Shown here in pieces: positions 50,701-63,899 of a DNA stretch of 64,000 nucleotides (its first letter is position 1; the number at the start of each line of letters is the position of its first letter). The stretch comes from Tubulanus polymorphus (lineage: Eukaryota > Animalia > Nemertea), in assembly GCF_964204645.1 (NCBI RefSeq), contig NC_134027.1, positions 7,472,485 through 7,536,484 on the forward strand, given 5' to 3'. A program made the translations under genes and the position numbers. Below the pieces are notes generated by a model. It did no database searches. It was not told where the DNA came from and saw nothing but the letters and a program-made list of their open reading frames with translations.

Positions 50701-52705
50701 TCCAAATTCAGCTGAGTTGATGATTAATTTCAATATCTTGTGGTTAGACTGAATAATAATTATTCCAAGGACGTTTTGCACTCTTCCAGAAGAGGATTAT
50801 TATATATTTTCTCTTGCCATGTATGGAAGTTTCTGCCAATTCTTTTATCACTGTGACAGCAGAAATCTCCTATTTTCAATAGAATATTCCATCTTCCAGA
50901 GGAGCACAATCTACTGGGTTTAAGCATCAAATTAATGTGTACCGTAGACCAAACAAATTTAAACTTACACCAAATTCCTGCAGGCGAGATTTAATCCTTG
51001 AATTCCGTTTCAATGAACCAGACAAATCTCGTATACCCATATCTTTAACATTTGCAGAGGACAGTCGATCTCCAAGAGTAGTCGGATCATATTCCCATTC
51101 AGGATTCACGTAAGAGTACCGAATCTATAAAAATAGAACCATTGAAAATCCATTCTTCAAATAGGACTTTTAACTCAGTGACAGTGTCATCTGAAAAAAT
51201 TGGATCTTATTGCAGCTACTAGCCACTGATAAAAGAAAACTTGACTGCAGTCTTAATAGCCTTATTCAATTTTGAACAATTTCATTGCTCTCCCTTTAGC
51301 AAAATCATTATCTATTTATGGTCAGGAAAAACCGTATTTTTACTTAATTTTGGGTAGACACTTTTTCACAAGAACATATTTTGACAATTATACCTGCTGT
51401 TCTCTAAAAACAGTTTTATCTTGGACTGAATCACAACTTGGATCATCGTTCTTCATTTTTACTTAACACTGACAATCAACATTTCTACCATATAAATTTA
51501 TTTACCTACAGTGACATCTGGACAAACAATTGCATATATATAATTATTTTTGAAATATTTATCTTGGTGTTTTGTTTCATACTTCGATGGCCTGGCGATC
51601 ACAGGGACCTGTACAGCCAATATTCACATAAACTATAAAAGAAAACTTGACTGCAGTCTTAATAGCCTTATTCAATTTTGAACAATTTCATTGCTCTCCC
51701 TTTAGCAAAATCATTATCTATTTATGGTCAGGAAAAACCGTATTTTTACTTAATTTTGGGTAGACACTTTTTGGAGTTGACATAAACCTATGAAATAACT
51801 TAGACCTTCCTTTCAATCCTAATTCAAGGGGTGCTTATAAAATCATTATGTCCAAGATAGAGCTGTGTGAACATTATTTCACAATACATGTACTCGGACA
51901 TTTTCACAAGGACATATTTTGACAATTATACCTGCTGTTCTCTAAAAACAGTTTTATCTTGGGCTGAATCACAACTTGGATCATCGTTCTTCATTTTTAC
52001 TTAACACTGACAATCAACATTTCTGACATTCTTTCAATTGTTTACACTACGCTACAAATGTGTCGTGCACAGCATATCTCAATTCATTAAGTGGGAGTAG
52101 ATTATTTTCTAGTTCATATTCCTCACACTGGAACTGGTTGGTCTTTGTTATAAATATATTCATAGGCCTATGTCTACGCTAGGCATATATGAGACTTTCC
52201 AAACCAGAAGTCTACGTCGTTTAACAATTGCACCTTTCGACGGTATCAAAGGGCGACTTGATTATAGGCAAATTTTAATTGCAATCTAATTACCCATAAC
52301 AAAGGAGCTACCATACCCAAAAATATAATTAGTCAAAGCCCTTAATGAGATAAAATCTAAAGCCTACAAACAGAGGCTCAAAGTATATAATACCAGGGAA
52401 GTGTGATGAGATCATCACACTTCCCTGATAATACGTAAGGCTATATCTCGAGAAGCTCATTTAGGTAAATAACCAAGGCTACATACCTTGTCGAAAGACC
52501 GGTTCATTTTTCGATGATCAGACTCAGGTGTTTTAGATCGTCTTTTGCTGGCCGAGCTTTCGTCAGTTGAATAAGACCCGCTTTCTCTTAAATCCGTGTT
52601 ACTTAAACTTCTCCTGAGAGCGGATCGCGGCCGGCGTTGAGATCCAGATCGCGTCAATGATGACCCCGATCTGAGCATCGTCTCTGCTATATCCTCTAAA
52701 GACAT
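41741..52705 (-). CDS. Hillarin/kyphoscoliosis-peptidase-family transglutaminase-like protein with a giant repeat exon (~2,890 aa; ~750 aa if the giant exon is skipped)
   Basis: Exons 52705-52487, 51124-50969, 50670-44260, 44060-43785, 43652-43570, 43493-43350 and 43118-41741 join in frame through GT-AG sites. The C-terminal part has ALFRWITVKDLN...GIKNGTESYHELFKRLCGYAGLHCHVIKGYSKGVGYRPG...RNTWTAV...WRFVNCNWGAR...DEFYFCTDP...WQLL, typical of hillarin, followed by Ig-like domains. Linkage of the 5' exons is inferred from splice phase. Confidence 0.82.
51229..52024. repeat. Recent complex local duplication including a copy of 54035-54188
   Basis: 51229-51366 = 51635-51772; 51363-51486 ~ 51901-52024; 51484-51637 ~ 54035-54188; near-identical in all three pairs. 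Confidence 0.93.
52394..52427. mobile_element. 34-bp perfect palindrome with hAT-like CAGGG...CCCTG ends and a flanking direct repeat
   Basis: ataatac|cagggaagtgtgatga-ga-tcatcacacttccctg|ataatac. Confidence 0.6.
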
Positions 52706-53153
52706 TATTGTTCACTGCAGTAGTAATCCAGTAATCCTAGTAAAATTGACTGACCTTGTTGAATTTATCTACGATACAAAATAATAACGTCGTATCATAT
52801 TATAGGAATTAAAAAATATTATCTCACATTGACCACTGGTTAGCAGTGTAGCTTTAGTTTTAGACAGGGTGGGGGAACCTGGCATATAGGCCTAAATTGT
52901 TTGAAATGTTTTTGTTGTGAGCCATCACCCCGGGTCCTAATCAGTAACCTGTCTGTGGTTGAGTTACACGATCAGATGTTTTCACAAAAGCCCATTCGAT
53001 TATGAAAGCTTAGGCCTACCACCAACGATTAAGTAACTAAATACCCTGGCCGGGGACCAGGCCCTGGTTCTGGATGTGGTGCCCCTGCCTTGTTTCATGA
53101 AATAGGCCTAAGTGTAAACACTAAATCAGCTACCGTGTGCTGGGCCAATTTTA

Positions 53154-53368
53154 GGTAAAAGTGCAGATCCGCACCTCTCATGATTGACACAATCTGCTGA
53201 ATGACAGAATCCAGGCTAAAATCTTTCTACTCTCTCTAGTGAAGATATCTCAGAATTTGCCAATGGCAATGTCCTGAATTTCTGATGACATTTTGAATCT
53301 GAAACAATGATATTTAATGTAATTGATTGGACCGTTTACGCGGAGAGGTGCGGATCTGCACTTTTACC
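53154..53368. mobile_element. MITE with a 26-bp perfect TIR
   Basis: ggtaaaagtgcagatccgcacctctc ... gagaggtgcggatctgcacttttacc. Confidence 0.7.
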
Positions 53369-54209
53369 CCGAGTTTATTAATAATTAGCCTATAACAAAC
53401 CCCAACCAATATTCGTTGATCAGTGACAAGGGAAAGGGCGGGACGAAAATTCATGGACCGTCCCTGCTTGATCAACATTCAAAAATCTAGACTACATTGC
53501 CCCTAGGACAATAACAAATTGTATCAATATTCTTTAAATCCAAAACTCACATCGACTTAATTGTTTAATCTATCCATTTGTTCGGGACGCTGCAGTTTTG
53601 CTCATCTCATGTGTCAAAACTACAACTCTATCAAGTGGCAGCCATTTTGAAATGTGGCTGTAGATATTCGATGTTGTCGGTCAAAGCAGATCAAATCCAA
53701 ATTCAAATTTTATTTCGAAAAATAAATCGAAGTAAGAAATGATCCAATGTGATCGAATGTGAATTGAATCAGAATTTTATGACGTATAGAAACAGTTGTA
53801 TTTATTTGATTGAAAATGAATATAATTCAATTCAATTCTTTCTTTATCGCCACTTAGGGAAGGTTTTACAATAAAACATATAAGCATAAAACGCAATAAA
53901 GGTACAGGAAAAAGAAATAAACACTGAAATTCACAGAATAAAATCCACAAGAATTACATGATAAAATTTAAAATAGACAGTATAACATATTTACAGGAGT
54001 TACAGCAGAGGAAAGAACTAGTATGGTTTAAATCTCTACCATATAAATTTGTTTACCTACAGTGACATCTGGACAAACAATTGCATATATATAATAATTT
54101 TTGAAATATTTATCTTGGTGTTTTGTTTCATACTTCGATGGCCTGGCGATAACAGGGACCTGTACTGCCAATATTCACATAAACTATAGGCTTACACGGA
54201 TGGTGATAA

Positions 54210-57200
54210 ATGGACATAGGTCTTTTGAACATGAATTCGCTATTGATTTCGTTGATATTAATAAAATTAGTAAATTCTGAATGTTTTACGGCAGTTTTTC
54301 GAATCAAAGAGGCTCATAATATTGAGAGCAGGATACTGTCTAACGGGCAGCAAGCGGTTGAGATTTTAGAGAACGAATTCCCCGTACTGTATGAAACTCA
54401 CGTTAAAGGGTAAGTTTCGTTGGAGCTAAGAATATTCTTAAACTCTTCTTTTCTCTTTTTTGAATTCATTTTTTCACTAATATTTGACTCCTGTTATTTT
54501 CACACTGGAAAAAAAGAAATGTTTTTTTTCAGGATATTGACGGATGCATTACGTGACCAGCTAGACGTTAGAGTGGCTGAACATCCAACTGGTGCTTACA
54601 AGTTGATAAAACGAATGATTAGATGGCGGAAAGTCCTGTCCATAATAGAAATGATACCTAATCACAAAATTCTCGCAGGTACCGTATGTTTATCTGTATA
54701 GGGCAAGATTTCCATTTCTATAATGAGGCACAATTCTTTGTTCACGAATCACTTTGATATTGTAGATTTTGTAACAGTTGCTAGACAGATGACAAATATC
54801 TCGGTTTGGCCAAATGAGACAGATTTGAAAGGAGCATCGGTTTCGATCTTGCGGCTTCGACAAATGTATAAGTTACGATTAGACGACCTTTCTTTTGGAT
54901 TGGTTAAGAAATTTCGATCAACTGGACTTACACTGGATGATATGTATGAGATTGCGGGATTCGGTTTAGAGCTTACTGACGATGTAATTTATGAGATCGA
55001 TTATTGGCAACCAATTGAATGGCTTTTGTATGTTGAAAAGAACTTCAACACAGAGAATTACATCGAAACGTTCAACCGGGGGAACTTATACTTGAAACTT
55101 GCAATCGCCTTCTTCAAGGTAACCCGACTTTTATTCTTACAGAGATCAGCGTCATCGATCCAATAATTCTCGGTATGCTAGCGCAAATTATTCGATTTAA
55201 GAAGTCAGATATAAAAGCTTTATTATCTCTATTTTAAGTTTGAAGACTACAAAACCGCGTTTGAATACATTATGAAAGCCTGGCAATTTGGTAAGCAATA
55301 TATCTATGATACCGTGGTTATTCTATCATTATTGCGATTTTCCAAAATCAATTTGGTAAGATGCTTACTGATTATTTGTTGGTAAATGATATCCAAAATA
55401 GATCCATTTAATGAACTGGTAAAGGAGTATAAAACAAAGTATGGCGAAGTGTATCAAGCACAATCAGATCTTACATACACCAAACAATACTATCCAGACG
55501 AGATATCGGCTCATTATGCTAAACTTTGTCGCGGAGAGGAGGTTTGTTTCCAGTATGATTGATATATTGGGAAGAATTTATGAAATCTCACGATATAACG
55601 TTACCGAAAATTGCTTTTAGGAGCTAGAAGAGCATCTGAATTGTTTCATCAAGAAGACTTTGATACCATACCGTCCAGCAGATGTAGAAATAGTTCAAGC
55701 CAATCCAGAGATTTACATTTACCATAATGTTATACATCATAAAGAGATTGAACAAGTAAAAGAACGAGTTCGTGAAAAGGTAACTAATGCTTTGCTTGAA
55801 AAAAAAAACGAAGCTGCATCAATGCATTGGCTTTTGATGAATTATGTTATCATTGTTTAATATTGTTATAAGTTGTCATACACTAAACTGCAATTATCGT
55901 CTGCATATCTTTTACAGATGGGTCGTTCATTTATTATTGGACACAACAGAAGTGGTGATGTCATATCCGATGTCCGTTTAAGTAGTTCGTAGGTATACAT
56001 AGGCACCGTCATACCACTTCCAATCAAGAAACGCATTATAACATACAACGACAAACCTCGTGTTTTTAGTGCTTGGTTCGACGAAGGCGACGATTTGGAC
56101 AGGAAACTGTCGAATAGAATTACCATCCTGACGGCACTGAATACCTACCAGAGCTCAGAACCATTTCAGGTATGAAACATACCAGACATAGAACATCATG
56201 GGAAAGAAAATTAGCCGTTTTGAATTGGTATACGTTAAAACATCGTTTTATCATAATTTTGTGTCTATCTAAGTCACTCATTTTGATAATAGGTAGCAAA
56301 CTATGGTCTCGGTGGACATTACTTACCACATACTGACTATTTCGATTATGTAAGTTTCGAATCTAAATCATGATGGTGATGCAATTCACGTAGATATGAA
56401 GATATTTCAACACTAAAATACCCGGATCCTGTTCCGGTTGTGAGTTAAGATTTAACTCAGAGTTAACTCTTTGAAAATGAACTAATTTCAACTCGGAGCT
56501 AACTCTAACTAATAACTGTGGAACCGGATCCCGGTTTCAATGATATCTGATGTTACAGAGATCACTGGAGATAGATAACGAAGGTACAGGATACGAAGGT
56601 GTTGACGATCGTTTGGCCACTTGGATGTTTTATGTGAGTAAGAACATCACGAAAATTGCCGACATAGTTTTTATTTTTTTAGATTTTATAATACATTCAC
56701 ATTCTCGTTTGCATGTCTCGCAGTTGAATGATGTTCCAGAAGGTGGCTTCACAGTGTTTGATAGGTCTCATATACCAGTAGTGAAAGGTAGCGCAGCATT
56801 GTGGTATAACTTACACAAAAACGGTACTCCCGATGAGCGAACCATACATTCTGGGTGTCCGGTGCTTGTCGGCTCTAAATGGGGTAAACTTTCGCCTATC
56901 CTTGGAGTAATCATCTTGACAAGGTGATTACTCCAAGGTCTATCCGATGAATTCTTATCTTTCGTTTATGACCATAGCCTTGTAATGCATTTGTTCTACC
57001 AGTAATCGCGCTGTATTTTGAAAATCTACTGCGTCCTCATCTATGATGTCTAATGGCTAAGAAAGGGACATTGTGGTATTTTTTTCTAGCTGATTCGAGA
57101 CAAGCAGATAAATTTGCATCCTCAAAATACGATGTTTTTGTGCAGCGTAAAGCCTAGCGTACATCGACAAAACGACTGGAGACAACGTACCTATCGAGTG

Positions 57201-57430
57201 TCGATGTGCGCTAGGCTTAGAACCAACGTAAAAACTTGCTAGTTTCCATACCACGATATAAATGATTTTTTGTCACGAATCGTCAGGAAAAAATAATTCA
57301 CGATGTCCCTAATCAGTCACCATACTCGACCCTTATTCAGTCGTTCTTATCCATTTCAGTTGCCAATAAATGGATCTCGGAATACCGGAATACATTCGTT
57401 AGAAGGTGTGCTCTGGACCGAATTCTGTAA
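54210..57430 (+). CDS. Prolyl 4-hydroxylase alpha subunit-like (12 coding exons, divergent)
   Basis: Signal peptide, HPTGAYKLIKR, PNETDLKGASVSILRLRQMY, YAKLCRGE, QVANYGLGGHYLPHTD (HxD), RLATWMFYLNDVPEGGFTVF, HSGCPVLVGSKWVANKW (distal His and 2-OG-binding Lys). All exons splice in frame; stop at 57428-57430. Confidence 0.93.
56425..56530. mobile_element. Palindromic MITE, Harbinger-like, in a P4HA intron
   Basis: ccg|gatcctgttcc...ggaaccggatc|ccg; internal gagttaa/ttaactc/ttgaaaatga motifs are shared with the 35293 element. Confidence 0.55.
57151..57217. mobile_element. Short Tourist/Harbinger-like MITE
   Basis: taa|agcctagcgtacatcgaca...tgtcgatgtgcgctaggct|tag; TIR matches at 18 of 19 positions. 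Confidence 0.6.
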
Positions 57431-60082
57431 TATCATTACTTCGTTGAACTATTACTACATTTTATCGCTTTCGATTGATACATTTTCGCTCGTCCAACAA
57501 ACTAACCTCTGTTGATATGCTCAGACGATGATGCTCATTTGATCCTAATAGATTTTCTGTAAATTTCCAACGATAAGTTGACATATAATCACGAACATCC
57601 ACCAAGCTCAATACCATGAAATATACACCCGTATTTTATACATTGATAATCAATAAGTTATTTATTGCACAATAAATAAACAACATTATGCTTTAACATT
57701 GACACACTGTAAACTGACTATGAACTATACGTTAGTCCCAAGTGATGAAACTCGAATGACATGACGTCAGAACCCTAAGGATGCTAATTTCATTGAAATA
57801 AACGACCCAAATATCTCAGATTTGATCTTCCTAGTCATTTAGAAACAACAATTCCATTTTCAGAACTATACTCTTCCCGACAAAGTACCTTTCTTTTCTT
57901 TTACATATACAGTGGATGATGCCATTTTAAACTCGCAATACAATAGCAATATTGCGACTAGTTGTCCGTCGCCGGTTCGAGAGTTTGTCAGAAAAGATAA
58001 TTGATAACTGAATTTCGAATAAAGATTGGAATGTCTAATTGTGCGCGAGATCTTCTTCCTTTAATTTCTCGTGCAAATGCGAAGTAACTGCCTCAACCGT
58101 GGGCATTTCCTCTTGTTCATGGATTAACCTTAAACATGCAGAGGTTGGACAAATCGACTTTTCACTTCTTCCGTAATTAGCGGCTAACACATTGAATGAC
58201 GTGCTGTGACGTCACTTGAATAACCCCAAGAATCATCTACCGTTACGTACAAGTAGTAGTAGAAGCGAAAACATTCAAAGCTATATTAGTCTTCATGTTC
58301 ATCTATTATAAGCGATATTTTTCGAATATTTCTACATACATCATCTAGTAACTAGACATACAATCTGCTCGTCGAGAAGGATATTTCAAGATCAGCGTTA
58401 CCGGACTTATAGGCTACTTACTGTTGGTAAGGAAGACACAGCCCCGAAATAACCACGAGTAACCTTTGCTATTCATACCCAATCATGATCGTTTACAAGA
58501 TATGTAGCGCGACATTTGATCTCGATTGAGGTCCTGCACCGCCGAATGGGAAACTACATTTCAATTACATCATAAATGGAATCTTCACATCAAATTAAGT
58601 TACATTAACGGAAAAAAGTAAATGACATAGAATATACCGATAGACATCAAGTAAAACGATAGTTTTCTGAAATTATGCCCTCTCACCGTCGATCTACCCA
58701 GTTATCTTCCTTATCTATCTATTCATTCAAAAATCCATAAAGACAAATCTTTGTGAATTTTTGATTCATCGTATTGGTTCACTCAGCAAGTACTTACAAA
58801 AAAGTAAACATCAGATAATCAAGAAAATGAAATTGAAATATGAGATGATCTTTCATTGCTGTGAACGTCTAAAATCATTTGATATAATCATCACCACATC
58901 TGTAGGTCAAATTCATCAAATGAATTGATAGTGCACACGGAGCATAGATTGCCAATAGGAGTATTGTTCAAACACTGGTTAATACAACGTAAAAATTGCT
59001 TCTTTTAATCACTTTTTTATACCAGCACGCGTATTACTTGGAGAAACCATCGTTAGTTTCAACATGAAGATTCTCAAAGATGGATTCCAAGCAGTCACAA
59101 CTTCATTCTTTTTGTAATGATTATACTCTGATTTCCGAGTTGCATTTACATTAAAAAAATCTTTTTACGGCGTACTATATTTATTCATTATAATCAGAGA
59201 GATATCTACGTACCGTGGTAATTACGCCCGTCTTTTTAGGTATACGAGGTAATTATGAACCCCAAACCCTCAATTAGGGTTATAGCGGACAGAACCCCAG
59301 GAATAAACCAGCTGACACGAGTTTTTTTATATGGCTTATATCAAGATCATCTTAATAATTCTATAGTCAATCTAACATTTACAATGCCAATCTAACAAAG
59401 ACCAGTCGTTAAGATTAAAAACCACTTTTGGCTTAATTCGCGACAGCGTAACTGGGCCGGCTCTAGATACCTATCGAATGCACTTGTCTTGAATCTGAGT
59501 GTGAAGGGTGTAATTACCCCGTAGCTAGCTCTCTGGCTATATAATATTTGAGCAACGTGACTATTTGAAACAACGGGACGCGCATATATTTGAAAGATGA
59601 ATGATTCAACAGTGGTTTTCGCATAAATGAAGTTCTACCCTGGTAATCGAGGATCAAGGGATGACGATGATGCTTTAAGCACATTATACGTATCAAAAAT
59701 GATATTAACACATCTATTGATGTCCACCAGGTTGTAAGCTCTGTGAAATATAATTCCTCAATACTTTATTTCGGCTTTTTACAATATTTACGTGTTTTCG
59801 TCTCTCAATTATGTAAACTGTTTTTACAATTTAGGGCTTTTCCAGAGAATTATTGTCTCATTAACTTTCATTCGGATGGTAATACTGTTACAAAAATGAG
59901 CATAGAAGCGACAATGAAATGAGTCTTTCAGCGGGTGCACATAATTGAAAACAGACAAATCAAAATGCTTGATTATGATATTAATAATGAGAATTTAATT
60001 CTCTTTTCGCCATTACAATGCCCTAAAGCGACTTCCGAATAGTTTGGATCGATCTAGTACGAGATCGATCATAGCGATCAGA

Positions 60083-63000
60083 GTCTGGTGACGTCATCGG
60101 AACGAAGAGGAGGGCATTGTGTATGATTTTCCGGTGTCTGATTTGTTGTTGCTGTTGCAGACGAACACTGCGTTGTCTGTACATATTTGTATCTGAAAGA
60201 ATAAAAAGTAAGATGTTATGCGATGCAGTTAGTAACAATTTCAAAATAACCTAACCTCGACGCTCCTGGGTATTTTGGTTTTTGGTGCGTAGGTTGAGCG
60301 ACCCACACATTTGTACAAAATACATTGTCTATCCCTTTTCGATCTCCATGATTATGACTAAAACATATCTACGGTTAAGTTATGACAGAAATAGTAACCA
60401 TTAGGAGTCTGCTCAGATTATTCCCGAGAAAAAGTAATTGATTGGTTTTCGGAGTGATCGGTGACGTAAGAAAAATACATGGGATATGCCCAATAGATCA
60501 GCAGTCCATCGACTAACCACAAGGTCATACCTCGTCATGACTGACCCGTCTTCTTTTTATCACGATTTGGCTGGAAATCGTTTCACAGATTATGCAATTA
60601 TCGGTTAGAAAATTCTATTTGTTTAACGGATGATAGCGTAATAAATGAAAGTCGCATTTGATTACATTTTGTATTAATAATTTACGATATCTTCTACCGC
60701 AGTCCTCGTTTGTGAAGGGTATCGTGACGATGGCAAATATAAATTTGTCCAGGAACGAAATTTCATTTTTCAATTTTATCTACGTTGGGATGGAATCTGC
60801 GACGATGTCATGGCATCGCATTCAAACACAACATCAGATTGTATTGGAAAACCAAATTGGAGGGAGAGATTTCTGAAAGTCTGAACACAGCACAGGAGTC
60901 CAATAAATGGGGAAAATTTAGTTAAATTTGGCCACTTCTACAGTTACATATCGACGGACAAAATAACAATTGAACGCTACACATGAAAGAAAATCTCTGA
61001 GATCAATTAACACACGGGGATATTTTTTTTCTTGATGTCCACATTTCTATATCATATTTTTACTACTGCTGAGTGTGGAATTAAATCCATAACACGCCAG
61101 TTATGAGTTACGGAATTTCTTGTCTGGTATCTGTAAAAAAATTCTTCCAACGTGTAACGTGGCAAACTTTGAAACCCGTTTTGCTCACCATCTACACCTA
61201 CAATATCTTACTGAAGCAATTTTTTATCTCGCATTCCAATGTGGTTCTAATAATATGAAGCAGCGCATTATTTCGAATATGCACCAGCAGCGATAAATTC
61301 GGTTCCTCGGCAAACCGGTGATGATATAACTACCACTTGTTCTGAGAGTCTATCTATCCATCGCGATGAAACCTGTTTTTCGAATATTCCTTGAACATTA
61401 TCAAAGTATGAATTGTGTTTGAATACAATTACCGATTCTGTTCCCGCACTGTTCTTGGTGGCAAAGTCCATAGCACGGATTTGACAAAAATAGGATAAAT
61501 ACATAACTACAGCAGACGTGCGTCAGATATCATTAACCTAAAATTCAAGCGTTTAGGCATTACGAGTCTTTTTGGCCCCTTTTTGATTTTTCTGTTGACC
61601 TGAAGCAATGCTTATCGTGATACGATGTTGGATACGAATATTGAGTTAACATGTGAGGGACGATAGTTTGCAGACGATTTTTGTGGTGGAATCTGCGGCA
61701 TGCCATCCCATTGGCCGAGGATATAACAAAATATTTCTAACGTTTGTAAACATACGTGGATTTACAGACTCATGTTGCCACCGCTTGTGAATTTCATACC
61801 AACGATTCAGATGATACGGTTGCCATGATAACACCTTAATGAGTGGGACGTTTCGCTCAATAGCGATAGTAATATTGAATCAAATGTATTGAATTAAAAA
61901 CTCCTTATATAGACGTAATATATACGTCCATGTAAATAGTAAGTAAAGACATTGTTGTAGACACATTAAATCTCAAGACACGATTCTGTAACAGACACCG
62001 ACCCATGTACGTCCATGGAGAAGTTTCTGCCATCATATCTTCACCCAAATCACCCTCCCGCATCGATTCAAGTCGTGTAAGATGGATGTGTGTATTCGCG
62101 ATAATATTATTCTATGAAAAATTCAAGTGCAAAACCAATAAAATGCATAATGAAGAGTAAGTGGTATAGAATTTGAAAACACCCGTCACGAAAGTCCTTC
62201 CTTGTACGTCGAGTGGAAACTAATGGCAACTTGTTTATTATAGGTGGTTGTTGCAATGTCAACTTGAGTTGTATACGAGTGACATTATTTGTCAAATTTA
62301 CATCACGATTAAACATGCTTTTTAATGCAGTTTTTATATTACAATTATCCGTTTAATGTACAAGATGGAAATGCAGGGCAGAAATAAACTACGTATAATC
62401 ATTATAATCATGAATATGCATGGAATAATTTATTGATTTTTTTCGAACGCAATTATGAACGAGATTGATAGCGGGGAACTTAGACAGTATAGCTTCTGAT
62501 ATGTCCAATATTCAAATGATATGTAGAATTCGAAAAAAAAAGTTGCTAACGGTTCAGAATTTCCTTTAAAGATGGGTTTGAATTTTAAAACTATGTCAAC
62601 TTTGGACCCACGGTTAAGTTGTCACCTTGGTGGTTGGACTTGACAATGGTTCAACTTAAGTTCAATTTCAATTATAAAACTCAGCTGCGTTCACCTACAA
62701 CTAGTCAACTATCGTACTGATTAATCCATTCCATTTAAAAATAAAGATGAGTTAGAACTAATATTTTGGTTGAATAGATGAACAGTATTTACTGTAGATA
62801 TTAAATGCAAATCCGTACACAGCTGTCCGGTTTGAAACAACCATATAACAATGATACAGCTGTGGGCGACATTTTCATTTCTGTATAATATATTATTTCT
62901 ATTCTGCTGATATACAACAACATTTGTTTTCTCAGATTGGGCTAAGTGTGGGTTTTAGCCCTAAAGTACTATTTTGACACCAGTATCCTAAGCTCTGAGT

Positions 63001-63899
63001 TTGATCTTATTCTGATACGATGCAAAGGTCTTCATTGTTACAATCTTCCTTAAAAACTATAAAACCTACATTAACCTAACTGAATAGTTATTTATAGGTT
63101 TACAGAGAGAAATTTAGTAAACCTTATTATGGAAATGATTCACCCAACAGTTTCATACGCCAGTTTCGTACTATAGCGATTGCAGTTTCTGAAGGATGTT
63201 ATTTTCTCGCCGTTACATTTTCATATTGAGAAGCGGGTGATGAAGTACTTAAACAGTTATTGGATCCTCGTTTTGCAGCCTCTGCTTCAGGCTTGTGCCG
63301 TCTCCGTGTCGGCGTAATCAGAGTAACCAACTGCAATATCTACTGACACGATATAATCAATAATCGATAGTAATTCAGACGATAATTCATTACCATTTGT
63401 AAAGGTCAATTCTCGCTCGCCATCTGGTCTTAAAATCCGTACAAATCCCCAATCTGGATGTAGTCCTACGGATCATGTACATGAATCATTTCACGGCGGG
63501 TGATTAAATGGTCGTCATTAATTCTAAGGCACCGAAATACATGTATCATGACATCTATGAAATATCCACTGGAGGCATTGTGCAGAGGCGTATCCAGGAT
63601 TTTCGCGGGTTGCTCAACTGGTCATCCCAAGAAATATATAATGATATGTCTCCATTTCATGCATTCGGTGAGCATTTTTAGGTACTGCTCGATCATCTTA
63701 TACATTCAAGATGGACCATTGTACTTTGAAAAGTAGCGTTGAAAAACTGAAAATAAATAATTATGAAGGAGGGGGTGCTACCTCCCAGGATCCGCACCTG
63801 CTGTGGCTGTGGTAATAACATGGTGTATAGAAGTCGTCTATTTTTTCACTTACATCGGGGCAGGTGTCGACAACACACCTATTCGATTCGATAACACAA
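60083..63899 (-). other. Possible 3' exons of an unidentified gene whose body lies beyond the right edge
   Basis: Exon-like segments with good splice sites at 63899-63854 (tttag|...|gtaagt), ~63330 (tgcag|) and ~60191 (ctttcag|). No recognisable protein motif and the reading frame is unresolved. Confidence 0.3.
63583..63800. mobile_element. MITE with CAGGGGCGGATCC-type termini
   Basis: cagaggcgtatccagga ... cccaggatccgcacctg imperfect TIR. Confidence 0.5.

Noticed and set aside
44254-50781. 2,175-aa ORF as a stand-alone or horizontally acquired bacterial adhesin/RHS gene
   Set aside because: It begins at a non-ATG codon in intron-like sequence, has canonical splice sites at both ends in phase with neighbouring exons, and has host-like composition.
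61268-61504. 78-aa minus-strand ORF
   Set aside because: No recognisable domain or convincing splice context.
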